DNA from: an uncultured Nitrososphaeraceae archaeon
GTDB lineage: Archaea; Thermoproteota; Nitrososphaeria; Nitrososphaerales; Nitrososphaeraceae
Assembly: GCA_963825865.1 (NCBI GenBank)
Contig: CAWGVG010000021.1
Coordinates: forward strand, 64,001 to 128,000
Reading direction: 5' to 3'
DNA length: 64,000 bases
Shown here: piece by piece, positions 33,756-45,965 of the stretch
How positions within the stretch are numbered: position 1 is the stretch's first letter
Layout of the letters: each line of letters begins with the position of its first letter
Notes under the pieces: generated by a model
Seen by the model: the letters and a program-made list of their open reading frames with translations, nothing else
Databases searched by the model: none
What the model was told of the DNA's origin: nothing
Program-made: the position numbers and the translations under genes

Positions 33756-34782
33756 ATGGGATCAGATCTAAAACCGCTTATAGCGCCTTCTCCTATAATG
33801 ATATCGGGACTATCAGATAAGGTGGTGGCAGTTGATGCATATAATACAATTTATCAATTTCTTGCAACAATTCGTGGCCCAACAGGAGAATTACTTACAA
33901 ATGCCCAAGGTGACGTAACGAGCCACCTGAGTGGTTTATTCTACCGTAATATCAATTTGTTAGCAGATAATATAAAACTTATTTATGTTTTTGATGGCAA
34001 GCCTAATCTGTTAAAGTCAAAAGAAATTGAACGGAGACGCCAAATAAAACATGAAGCATCTGAAAAATATCAGGAAGCGATGACAGAAGGCAGGTTTGAA
34101 GATGCACGAAAGTACAGCCAAGCCTACCTCTATTTTAACAGATAAAATGGTAGAAGAATCAAAAAAGATCCTGACTCTTCTTGGGATCCCGTATGTTCAG
34201 GCTCCATCTGAAGGAGAAGCCGCTGCTGCTTACATAACGAATCAGGGCATAGCATTTACCTGTGCAAGCCAAGATTATGATTCGCTATTGTTTGGCGCCA
34301 ACAGACTGACGCGCAACCTGGCAATCAGTGGCAAGAGAAAAGTCCACAATAGAAAAATGTATATTGATATTGAGCCAGAAATTATTGAGCATCAACGGCT
34401 TCTCAATCAAACTAAATTGACACATGAACAATTAGTAGATGTAGGAATTTTAATAGGTACTGACTTTAATCCAGGAGGCTTTGTGGGCATTGGGCCCAAA
34501 ACTGCTCTGAAGTTGGTTCGAGAATATGGTAAATTAGAAAATATTGAAAAAATTAAAGGTTTATTACCTGATATTCCATATCAAGAAATACGAAACATCT
34601 TTCTAAATCCGGAAGTTCCAAAGGTGAATGATATACAATTCAATGAAGTAAATTACACCAGTATCCTTGATTTTCTATGCATTGAAAAAAGTTTTTCTGA
34701 AAACCGTGTAACTGGAACTCTAGAAAAACTTAAAAAATCAATTGCAATTCGTAATCAATCGTTAGAAAAGTGGTTTGGATAG
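33756..34782 (+). CDS. fen: Flap endonuclease 1 (frameshift near 34120)
   Basis: VDAYNTIYQFL, VFDG, APSEGEA, SQDYDSLLFG, GTDFN, GIGPK, QSLEKWF PIP box. Confidence 0.96.
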
Positions 34783-36431
34783 TTAACTTAATTCGAGTCT
34801 TTTCTTTTCAACATTTTTTTCAGCATCGAGTCTTTCTAGTTCATATTTGCTTAAGTCAACAAATTTCATTCCATCTGCAAGTACCGGATGAACATGCTTT
34901 ATCTGACCAAACATTTTCTGGCACGCATAGCGATAATCTGGATGTCCTTGAGGAACAGTTCGTAGTTCGATCATATGACATGCTTCACGTAGATTGACCT
35001 TGATAAAATATGGATACCTATACGCAAAATTAACAATATACTGAGTCTGCTTCAGGCATATTCTTTGAAATAATTTCATAGACTTCGTTACATTTGTACA
35101 TGCAATCTTTGTAGTCTTTCGCAATATCAAAACCAATGATCTCTGCAGGAATATCATATCCATGCTTAGTGGAGAGCAGCTGCCTTTCCATAGTTAGAAT
35201 TCTATGGCGATGCAGGTCACGGAACATACCAAAATTTGTAAACATTTCAAATGTATATTCTACCATCTCAAATGCTCTACCAGGGCGATCTCTTCGATTA
35301 GTCCGGAATTTTGTATATGCTTGAATTATTTTCTGTCTGTCTTCTGGCATAATAAACCTGATATATTGTGTAATCTTTTCAAGAGACTGACCTTCTGCAT
35401 ATTCGTACAGTATGGCAGAGGCTACTTTTATTTCTGCTTCTGAGTTGTCTTCAAAATTCAGCAGTTTTACAGATTGTGGATCTTCCAATACTTTGATATT
35501 TTTTATATGATATCGAGCAAGTTCAGCGATCGTGTTTCGTGTACTTACGAGGTAGGATTGAAAGGTCTTACCATGCTTATCATTTGCTCTCTTTACAAAA
35601 GCCGGAATAACTATGTTAAGTTCTCTATGCAGTTGATCCGCCATCTTTTTTATTTCATTCAAATTTGAGGCAAACATTGTCGATAGCAAATATTCAAATG
35701 CCCTACCATTTCCTGTAATGCCTAGATTTGTGAGCGTAGATGCTGGCAAAAGTCCACGAAGAACATCAAGCGACTTGGCCTTAATCGTTGACTTATAGAT
35801 CCGTCCCGCGGATTCAATATCTTTACTCGATTTCAAATTACCGTAGGGTATATCTTGTTTTGACATAGAATCAAAAAAGGGAAATCGATCAATTGGCTCC
35901 ATTTCTGAAATAAATTTCTGCAGTGGCTGAATATTTTTACTATACTCATCAAAAGCATGATCGCAAGCCTGAAGGTATAGATCAGCATGCGATGATGCCA
36001 TAATGGCCTCTTCTCTACAGGTACTTGTACCGACCATTAACTTGTTGATTAAATGCTACATAACGTGAGGATTTTTCAAGATATGAAAGCCCAATTCTAT
36101 GGTCTTCGATTTTTTTAGCAGCAATATTTGAAACCCATTCTATTGCAACCTGAGCTTCCCCTAGTTCTGCGACAGAATCGTCTCCATACTCTAATAGTAC
36201 GCGTTCATAGAATTCTTCTCCTCTATTTGGATTCTTGGCAAATTCCTCAAGAAAAATACGCCGCATTGTCTTATCTGTCCTAGAATATCTTGACATTAAT
36301 GCTCCTCTGTCTACCTGTCTCGGTGTGATTATTGCAAAAACTGTTTTATCATTATTGGAAAAATGCGAATTAAGAATAGATTTTTCTTCATCAGAAAAAT
36401 TATCGTAAAACTGTGGATTGTTATTAGTCAT
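34783..36431 (-). CDS. thyX: FAD-dependent thymidylate synthase with tandem ThyX domains (frameshifted)
   Basis: [32 protein letters not shown]...ELRT..QGH. Confidence 0.9.
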
Positions 36432-36664
36432 AAATAGTCATAATTCGTAACAATCTGTGATAAAAATGTAGTATATCTAAACATATTTATCAAAGTCTGC
36501 TTTATCCTCTTCCTAACACTTTATAATATAGAATCATCAGCCCTAATGAAAGAAAATTCTGCTGTACCTCCCCTGTGTGTGCCATGAATGGTAAAATGGT
36601 CTTACTAAATAATGCAACAATTTTGACAATGTTACCATTATATCTATTTATCAAACGGGGTTGT

Positions 36665-37483
36665 ATGAGTGAACTAAAGCTCGAATTTGTAGGTAAACAA
36701 GTCAAAGATATGTATGGTACTTTCATGGGAAAAGTAGTAGGCATGGTGACAGACAGCGATGGTTCAATCGAATCTGTCGGTGTAGATTGTGGTTCTATTG
36801 GTTTAAAGCACTTAGCATATGAACAATTGTTAGTTCAGGGAGATTATGTAATCTACATTCCTAGATGGAGATTGGATGCACAAAAACTATTAAGACAGAA
36901 AAATCTTACTCTGAAGAGAATAAAGGCTCTTCAAGATATAGTTACAGAAAATGATTTGATGAAAGATGACGCTGAACTGGTTTATATAAAATATGAAAAG
37001 AGACTGCATGACATTGAAGAAAATGAAAAATTTGTTAATGAAAAATTGCAAATAAGGTTAAATGAATTAGAAGCAGAAAGTAAAAGCATCAAAGCAGTGT
37101 TGTTTGACGCAAAACTACAGTATAGAAGCAATGAGGTGACAGAGGAGATATATCAACAAATCAGCATATATACAAATGAATTATTAGAACACATCAACCT
37201 TGAAAGGGCTGAAATCAACAACGTCAAGACAAGGCTCTCTAAGCAAACCTTGGAAAATACCGTTTTAACAACACCGAACAACATATCAAATACTCAAGGA
37301 CCAACAACAATTACTACTATTCCCGAATCTAATTTACAACAGGAATCTAATAAACAAAATGAAACGACACCTCAAATCATAGACACAGCAGATTCGCCGA
37401 CACCCGACGACGAGAAAGTTACTGTGAACTCTAATGGTGAAACAGAAACAAATTGGCTAAACCAAGTAATTTCAAATGATTGA
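36665..37483 (+). CDS. cdvA: Cell division protein CdvA-like
   Basis: N-terminal PRC barrel (GKQVKDMYG..MGKVVG), long coiled coil, low-complexity tail. Confidence 0.85.
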   Translation: MSELKLEFVGKQVKDMYGTFMGKVVGMVTDSDGSIESVGVDCGSIGLKHLAYEQLLVQGDYVIYIPRWRLDAQKLLRQKNLTLKRIKALQDIVTENDLMKDDAELVYIKYEKRLHDIEENEKFVNEKLQIRLNELEAESKSIKAVLFDAKLQYRSNEVTEEIYQQISIYTNELLEHINLERAEINNVKTRLSKQTLENTVLTTPNNISNTQGPTTITTIPESNLQQESNKQNETTPQIIDTADSPTPDDEKVTVNSNGETETNWLNQVISND

Positions 37484-37592
37484 TTACATGATATGTTTAA
37501 TTAGTGGCAGGTAGCTTTTATATTAAAAGCTTCTCACTATGTTTTTATTAGAGTATTTTAAAAAATATATAAAAGACTTCCGAAAAGATGTT

Positions 37593-37856
37593 TTATTTTT
37601 CTTGTTTCGGTGAAGTCTGTAGAAGCTCGCCTATCTCATTATGCATCTTCAGAAAGTTTAATCCCTTCTCAGTAGTCTTGTATGTCTGAGAGCCTTCTAA
37701 ATACTCCAACAAATTGTTTTCAATGAGTACGGAAAGGTATTCCCTTAACTGTGCATAGCTAAGAAAGGCTTTATACATAATTTTTGTCTTAGTTGCCCCA
37801 CCATTTGCTGCCTCTAGGATCATTGCTACTATTTCTGTTCTACTTCTGTATTTCAC
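37593..37856 (-). CDS. Small winged-HTH protein (HTH_45/ArsR-like), copy 3
   Basis: KYRSRTEIVAMILEAANGGATKTKIMYKAFLSY. Confidence 0.9.
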   Translation of the reverse strand: MKYRSRTEIVAMILEAANGGATKTKIMYKAFLSYAQLREYLSVLIENNLLEYLEGSQTYKTTEKGLNFLKMHNEIGELLQTSPKQEK

Positions 37857-38088
37857 GTTTAAAATACACTGGATTTCTTTATTTTAATATATTGACACAT
37901 TATCTAGTAACAAAATTATATATAAACACTACTTTTTAGTGAACTATATAAATAATCATAAATGGTCATTAATAAATGGAACAAAAGGTTCAATTTGTTT
38001 TAATTAAGGTTACTCTTGTATATGCCGGGCGTCTGATGGTTTGTCGCCATAATCCTTTTAAAATTATTCTTACCTCTTTTCTATATAA

Positions 38089-40045
38089 ATGACCAATCCG
38101 AATTTTAGTGAATTATCAAAAGGATATTGTGAAACTGAAAAAGTAACATTAGAAGGCAAAAAACTTGCTAAATTAAGAAGACAAGCAGCGGAAAACCCTG
38201 AACAGTTCTGGGCAGAACAGGCAAAAAATCTGGTCTGGTTCAGAGAATGGAAGAATGTCACTTGATTGGAATCATCCATTCGCAAAATGGTTTGTTGGTG
38301 GTACGTTAAACGCATCTGTTAACTGTCTTGATAGGCATGTTAATTCCGATGCAAAAAACAAGGCAGCAATAATCTGGGAAGGTGAAAATGGTGAGACCAG
38401 ATTGTTTACATATTATCAATTATACCGTACTGTTAACAAATTCGCCAATGCCCTGAAAAATCTCGGAGTCAAAAAAGGTGACCGTGTTACAATTTACCTT
38501 CCTATGGTTCCTGAGCTTCCAATTGCGATGCTAGCATGTTCAAGAATTGGTGCAGTACACATTGTTGTTTTCTCTGGCTTCAGGTACTCAAGCGTTATCT
38601 GATAGGATAAATGATTCAAAGTCTAAAGTTATCATAACTGCTGATGGTGGCTTCAGGAGAGGTAAACTTGTCGAACTAAAAAGGGTTGTAGATGAGACAG
38701 TTCCTTTTACACCGTCAGTAGAACACATTGTTGTTTTGAAAAGAGCCTCGAATGATATCAAGATGGACACAAAAGATTTATGGTGGCATGAAATAATTGA
38801 AAATGCACTACAATATTGCGAACCAGAAATTGTAGACAGTATACATCCCCTTTATATTCTGTACACTTCTGGTACACAGGCAAACCGAAGGGTGTATTGC
38901 ATAGCACTGGTGGCTATCTTACATATCTATATGCAACAGCTAAATGGGTTTTTGATTTTAGAAAGGAAGACATTTTCTTTTGTACCGCTGATATTGGATG
39001 GGTCACAGGTCATAGTTACATTGTTTACGCACCATTAATGCACGGCATTACTGAGATAATGTATGAAGGGTCTCCAGATTATCCAAAACCGGACAGATTT
39101 TGGTCTATCGTTGAAAAGCATGGTGCAACAATTCTATATACGACTCCTACTGCTCTCCGAATGTACATGAAATATGGAAATGATATCCCTGATTCGTTTG
39201 ATCTATCCTCGCTACGTCTATTGGGTACAGTCGGTGAGCCAATTAATCCAGAAGTATGGATGTGGTATTTCAAAACTATTGGAAAGGAAAATTGTCCTAT
39301 TGTTGATACATGGTGGCAAACTGAAACAGGCGGCATTATGATAAGTGCATGTACTGGGATCGAGAGCATTTCAATGAAACCTGGTTCTGGAACCTTTCCG
39401 TTACCTGGTATAGATGCAGGTATTGTTGATGAAAGCGGAAAACCAGTATCTCCAGATAGAAAGGGTTACCTTGTGATTAGAGGACCATGGCCTGGAATGC
39501 TGATGACAATCTGGGGAGATGACGAAAAATATCAAAATACTTATTGGAAAAAATTTGGAACCGCATACTATGCAGGCGATTATGCATTTTCAGATAGTGA
39601 TGGTTATCTCTGGCTTCTAGGCCGATCAGATGATGTACTCAAGGTATCGGGGCATAGACTTGGTACAATGGAACTAGAAAGTGCATTTATTTCACATAAA
39701 GCAATTGCAGAGGCTGCAGTAACCAGCAGACCGGACCAGAAAAAAGGAGAATCAATAATTGGGTTTTTAGTACTGCGAACAGGATTCTCAGAATCTGATA
39801 TGCTACGTAGAGAACTTACTAATCATATTAGAACTGTAGTAGGGCCAATTGCATCACCTGATGAAATTTATTTTGTCAACAAACTTCCCAAAACTAGAAG
39901 CGGAAAAATAATGCGGAGGTTACTCAAATCGATAGCAAGTGGAGCAGCAACACTCGGCGATGTAACAACACTAGAAGATGGGACGTCCATAGAAGAAATA
40001 AGGCAGGTCTACAATGATTTACATAAAGTAGTTGACACTACTTAG
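38089..40045 (+). CDS. acs: Acetyl-CoA synthetase (AMP-forming; several frameshifts)
   Basis: [43 protein letters not shown]. Confidence 0.95.
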
Positions 40046-40661
40046 TGATCCCAACTTGCAATATAAAAAGAACTAATGGATAAAATGCGGAACTCTTATT
40101 GGACAGGACAAGGAATTTACATGTCATGTAGTAATTAATAATACAGTTTGTATTTTTTCCACTCTATATAATCCCCCATGATGGATTCTTCTACAGTATC
40201 GAGTAACATTTAGTTTGCGATATTTAACTTATCATAATTCAGATTTTTTCTCTCTTCTGCTCTTTCCTCTCCTTTAATTCAGCAAACTCTAAATATACAC
40301 TCTGTAAAGAGGTTTATTTGTTCTATGTGTTTATATGTGTCTACTGAATGTTGTCACATTACATCGAGCTTCCAAGTCTTGCTTAACTGAATAGCAGTGG
40401 AGATGTGTGGAGATACGCCTGTTCTATATATGATGTGTTTATCATCATCTCTGAGCGTGCCTTATAGGAGCATAATAGTAGGTTATGGAAAGTATTACTA
40501 TCTTGCTAGTTGACCAACTGATAATAAACAATAGACATAATTAATAATAATTGACAAACACAGAAAGGGTATCAGATATAGAAGCTCACAGTTCCTGGTT
40601 CCAAAATAGAATAATGTTAATGACGCAAGAACACAAAAATAAATATAGAATTATTTGCTTA

Positions 40662-40922
40662 TTACTTTCTTACGCCATTTATAGAGATCATTTCATCGAA
40701 TTGGTTATACATTTGCAAAAGGCGTATACCTTTTTCTGTTGTTCTAAATAGTTGTCTTCCTTCTTCATAGTCTAATAAGCTATTTTCTAATCGAGCTGTT
40801 AGGTATTCTTTTAGCTGAGCATAGGACAGGAATGCCTTATACATTATTTTTGTCTTGATAACTCCACCGTTAGCGGCTTCTAGAATCAACCCAACTATAT
40901 CAGTTCTGCTTCTATATTTCAT
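40662..40922 (-). CDS. Small winged-HTH protein (HTH_45/ArsR-like), copy 4
   Basis: MKYRSRTDIVGLILEAANGGVIKTKIMYKAFLSY. Confidence 0.9.
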   Translation of the reverse strand: MKYRSRTDIVGLILEAANGGVIKTKIMYKAFLSYAQLKEYLTARLENSLLDYEEGRQLFRTTEKGIRLLQMYNQFDEMISINGVRK

Positions 40923-41321
40923 AACAATGTTGTAATAAAAGATCAAGTATTTATGAGAAGCCAGTACTATTGATCATAGTATTCGATCGATGAAGTGATC
41001 ATTCTACTCAGATCGAAAATGCATTTAGCATCAAATCTAATTGATTGTAGTAGATTAACGAAATATAATAAGAACGGGAAGAGCGAGAACCTTGTATTTG
41101 TTTAATTAATAAACTCAGGTTTCCAGTTTTTTAAAAATAAACGTCGTAATTATAGTGATAATTGACGTAATAATTGGTATAAATAATTCATTTGATTCTC
41201 TCTTATTCTGGTTCTTAATGCTTCTTGAGTCAAAATTTGTCCCTCTTGTATCAGGGAAAAAGCTGACAAATATCTTAACAGCTTTAATGCACTCTTTAGT
41301 TACCTTCGTCCCCATTATCAA

Positions 41322-42034
41322 TTATTCTGATTGAATAAATGTATGTTCTTCTCTTCTATGTATGTACGTCTAACTACCATGTTGTTTGTCTTAGATGACT
41401 TTGTTGTCCTTCATTAGATGATGGTAACAATGGTAATGACGATGATGATGTGCTAGAAGCATAGTCTGTAATAATTTTGTTTACACAATCTTTTACTAGT
41501 TTATTGTAAAGTTTTTCTGCTTCTTCTACTATCATAGTTACATTAGATTCCGTATGATAATCCTGTGATGATACTGTTTTTGTGAAGACATATTGTAAAA
41601 TTTAGCCTAGTTATTATTAGCAATTTTAAGAGGTCTAATGACATATTGTACACCAATACCTTCAACTTTCATCAATCTATACAAGTTTAGAAAAGAACCG
41701 ATATCATCTTTAATTTCTTCATAAATCTTATTAAAGTCGTTTAGTTGCTTTAGCTTCCAATACTCTTTGTAGTATTGTGCTACCCCCTGGCTCTTATGTT
41801 TGATGCAAAGACTTCTATTGGAGCCTTACCGTCGGAAAGAGTTTGTATGCTTGTGTTGATTGGGACATCTTTTGTGCTTGCTTTTGCTTCTTTCCTTCTT
41901 CTTTTCTTGCTCATCCAAAATAGCACCTATATCCCTAAATGACATCCTAACTTCTCGGGCTATTTAATACGTGTTTTTACCTTGATTGTAGAGGTTTAAA
42001 ACAAGTCTTTCCCTTTCCTGTCTTGATAATACAT
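41322..42034 (-). pseudogene. Decayed HTH/coiled-coil hypothetical protein
   Basis: LSRQERERLVLNLYNQGKNTY*IAREVRMSFRDIGAIL, STQAYKLF, YYKEYWKLKQL, EEAEKLYNKLVKD fragments with stops and frameshifts. Confidence 0.7.
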
Positions 42035-42482
42035 ATCTATATGTTTATAATAAATACACAATAAAATAGAATCATAAACTGCCTATCACCTTCTACCAAT
42101 ATTATTATCCCTACTACCTCTATGTTACCACCTGCTATAATCTGTTACACCTGTTACCAGTAATAACTTTCTGAACTTCATCGTCTGGCATTAACAGATA
42201 CTCATTCAATCTCATTATTTTTTAATTCTGTCTTTAGTTGTATACCTCTGCTGTTATAATAAGTGACCAAACTTTGACCTTTCATTATGTTATAACGAGA
42301 TTATATGGCCCATTGAACGTTTTGGGAACGTTCAAGAAATTCCACAGGCTTAATTGCAACATGCCTAGTGTTATCATGACCTTTTAGTTGAATTCAGAAT
42401 ATAGCATGAATTTGAGGAGCTAGAATCCTTGCTATAGTATTCTATAATCTATAGTTTTTTATAAGCAATCGTATGATGATGG

Positions 42483-42694
42483 TTAGACATAATTCTCACC
42501 ACCAAAGATGTTTTGTAGTATTCTTGTAAACATCGACTCCTGGTAACATTTCAAATGTCCATACTCTTTTACTCCACCTGAGAAATTGTAATAATATAGC
42601 GCTCTCCTGCTTTGTTAACCTCTATGATATCTTTGCAAAGTCTGCATCTAATGAGAGTGGGAGCTTTTTCACTTGGATAGAGCATTTCTTTCAT
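42483..42694 (-). CDS. Small Zn-binding protein (CxxC...HxxC), frameshifted
   Basis: MKEMLYPSEKAPTLIRCRLCKDII...YGHLKCYQE. Confidence 0.5.
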
Positions 42695-42839
42695 TTAGAA
42701 TATCAATCTTATAAAAGAAAAATATGGCACATCTAAATGATTGATATAATATATTGGTTTCCTATTGTTCCTATAATTCTAACACAATCATCAGATGTAA
42801 ATCGAATTCCACTAAAAAACAGCAACAATACCAGTGAAA

Positions 42840-43070
42840 TGACTGCTATCTTGAAGCCTACACAACTATGTCAATAGAGAAGCTGATAAAGTATACAACA
42901 AAATAGCAAAAGAGGAAGAGCTTAACAAAATTATTACTGATTACTCCACTAACATACCATCATCGCCGCCACAAAGTGAACAACAAACTCGTGTCTTCCA
43001 AAAACAAGCAGTAACAAATCAGACAAGGATATATACAAAAGAATATCTATTTGTTCGCCAAAATTATGTT
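42840..43070 (+). pseudogene. Inverted C-terminal fragment of the same family as 41322-42034
   Basis: EADKVYNKIAKEEELNKIITDYS matches EEAEKLYNKLVKDCVNKIITDYA. Confidence 0.55.
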
Positions 43071-43096
43071 CTGTTATCTTCAGAAGATAATAAATA

Positions 43097-43612
43097 TTAG
43101 ATCGAAATCATCGTCATCTTTGATTCCATTGTAATTTTATGTTCATCTATGAAGCCTGATGCTGCAGCAATCACATACTTAGCAGGCTTTGTATTTTTAT
43201 AAGTACAGTTAGATGCATCTAAGGTATTCTTACATGGCGACGCGTCCTTTACCATATACACTATATTCCCGCTTTCATCAAACCAGATCAGATCAAGATT
43301 ATATTCAATATTTAAGAGCCACATTGTGTACAAGTCCAGTTTATCATAAATTAGGATCATTGCAGAATTCAATGGTAGCCTTTCTTGTCTGAACATTAGC
43401 CATCTTTGTTTTTCTGCAGCAGATTTTGCAATTTCAACCTTAATTAAATTACCATTTATACTTGCTGTTCCTTGTGCAAAATCTAGACGCTTGTTTTTGA
43501 TTTCCGACGGAACAAAGGCAAGACCAATGGCCCCAATAGCGATGACTATTATAATCAATGGTACCAGAAGGGCTAACTTGCGAACCAAATTGTCATTGAA
43601 TAAGGTTTTCAA
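43097..43612 (-). CDS. DUF192 family protein
   Basis: VEIAKS...LMFR...MILIY...MW...LDLIWFDE pattern, N-terminal TM. Confidence 0.85.
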   Translation of the reverse strand: MKTLFNDNLVRKLALLVPLIIIVIAIGAIGLAFVPSEIKNKRLDFAQGTASINGNLIKVEIAKSAAEKQRWLMFRQERLPLNSAMILIYDKLDLYTMWLLNIEYNLDLIWFDESGNIVYMVKDASPCKNTLDASNCTYKNTKPAKYVIAAASGFIDEHKITMESKMTMISI

Positions 43613-44818
43613 AAAGAATTTGAACTTTACGGTTTGTTCCTTTTTTTATTATCTGCCGTTTTTGGCATTGATTTAACTAATAATTCTAATTCTTCGACTA
43701 TATCTTTTACTGCTTTCATTTCTGTCAATGGCTTGACTGTATTTTTACAATCGATATTGAAGGTAATAGGAAGGGGATGTGCTGTAGTTTCTCATTTGAT
43801 TCTACATCCCTAACGTAATCCTCCATGTGAATCAACAAATACGTATGAAAATGAGTTTGCCTTCTCTTTTTAGATCGTATATATTAAAGATTTGTTTTAA
43901 CATAATAATATATGCTAGAGCAACTTCGTTCTAAAATTCACTCCTCACATGATCAGTTACAATAAAATAGCATTACTGTGACATCATTCCTATAGAATAT
44001 ATGGATTATTTTTTATATACAACTATACAAATACAAGTAAACATTTTTTTTGTTTACTATTCCAGTATGTTATAATAAAGCTATAATAATACTTAAGCCA
44101 CTTCATCTGTTCTATCAATAATGGTATCATATCATTAACCACGTCCTGAACACGGTTCTGAGTATGGGAAGCCAATTTACTTCCTATTTGTTAATCTTTT
44201 ATTGTAATCGCTTGATTTTTCTTATTCTGTGGTCATAGTTCATCCCAACATTTGGTACAAAAATCTCTCATTTACTAATCTCTGCTCCAAATTAATTGTT
44301 TTGAGGTCATAAATATGATAACACAAAACACATACTTGCGTTTTATTTATATTACATTAACTTTGCATTTTAATTTTGTGGATTTGCTTTCAATATTTAG
44401 AAAAACTAACTGCTGATTTTTGCTGATGGATTGATAACTCATCTGATTACAACTATGAATGAGGATTAGGATGAGAATGCTGAGCTTACTATAATCACAC
44501 CGTTATTTTATCACATATGATGAATTTTAGAGAAGGTCACAACGATAAGATTTGATTGGTCTTTAATTCTCCATCACTTATTGTATTCTCGTAAATGTAT
44601 GGAAAAGCCTCACCTTTGATTATATAATATATGCACTTTATTTCTGCCCTGTGTTCTTGTTTGTTAAATCCCTTATATTAACAAAATTCGTTTAAAAAAA
44701 TAAAAAATGAAAGGATTATCTATAACTCCCACTAGAATCACATTGGTTTACTAGAGCAACTCTAGGTATGCTGTAATATTTCCTATTATTTCCTACTATG
44801 CTGTCACATCCAGCAGAA

Positions 44819-45705
44819 CTATGGAGACCCAAACGGAAAAATGAAAGGATTATACTGAGACGGATTACTACCTTGAGTTGTGGATTCTCTACTGCTAGTA
44901 CTGCGATGACCCGGTGCCTTGTCACTAGTACAACTAGTGCCATTACTACTATCGCCACTGCTACTACTTCCACTCCCACTGCTAACGCAAGTGCTAGTAG
45001 GTACCTGCTAGTACTGCGATGACCCGGTGCCTTGTCACTAGTACAACTGTCCCTGCTACTACTTCCACTCCCACTGCTAACGCAAGTGCTAGTGGTACTG
45101 CTAGTAGTACTGCGATGACCCGGTGGCTTGCCACTCCCAATATACAATAACTCCTTGGACTGTGTTGAGGGTGTTGCTGTCCCTGCTACTACTGAACTGC
45201 TGTTTCCTTTAGCAGCATTATTATTGCCTGTTATTACTGGCTGCTGTTGTTTTGTAGCACTGGTTGATTTAGCTCCTATTCCTGTGACATTTGTGCTAGA
45301 AAATGAAACTAAACTAGGATCGCTACTGCAAGAGTATTTGGCAGTTATTTTATTTTCTCCTTCTTTAATGGCAGTATATTTAGGAGTAAGGGTAAAACTC
45401 CATTTTGAATAGTCATTTGCTCCACCAGGTCCAGATGCAGTAGCTGGTTGATATGGCTTTATCTTATTTGCAATAACAGAAACTTGGCAATCAGAAGTAG
45501 CATTATCTGAAGATGTTCCTGAGACTATAAGGCTACTGCCGATAGGTACTTGTTGACCTTTAGTATGTGTATTGATTTTTACAGTATGTATTTTTGGTGG
45601 TACTGCTGTGTTTGTAGTATTATTTTGTGCATATACCGCAATATTGGCCCAAACAGCCGAAAGAAGTATTCCAAAAGCAAGCAATAGTGTCAGTTTTTTA
45701 AACAT
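44819..45705 (-). CDS. Secreted protein with Ig-like domain and Ser/Gly/Thr repeats (frameshift near 45000)
   Basis: Signal peptide; SGTSSDNATSDCQV...GPGGANDYSKW...NKITAKYSC; corrected C-terminus SQYNPFIFPFGSP*. Confidence 0.8.
44892..45130. repeat. About 2.5 intragenic tandem repeats of about 100-113 bp
   Basis: CTGCTAGTACTGCGATGACCCGGTGCCTTGTCACTAGTACAACT at 44892 and 45005, partial at 45105; CTGCTACTACTTCCACTCCCACTGCTAACGCAAGTGCTAGT at 44958 and 45053. Confidence 0.9.
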
Positions 45706-45965
45706 ACTTTACACAAAATTTTACTATCAAAAGGTATTAAAATAATAAACTGAATAAGAATTAGCTAAGTCAGCTAGTAGCTAGTAAACTATTTTAGCTT
45801 TATTGATAGACTTCATTATATTCAGAAAACTTCTTTTAAATCAAAAATAATCAAGAAACCACAGTTAATAATGAATAGGTGGCGGAGGTTATACAATGTG
45901 ATGTCTATTGAGAGAAATCACATAGTTAGATTGATAAGCGTATTCTGACACTTTACTAATTAAAT

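Noticed and set aside
44892-45130. Possible CRISPR array
   Set aside because: The intervening segments are themselves repeated, the repeats encode a Ser/Gly-rich tail of a secreted protein, and no cas genes are present
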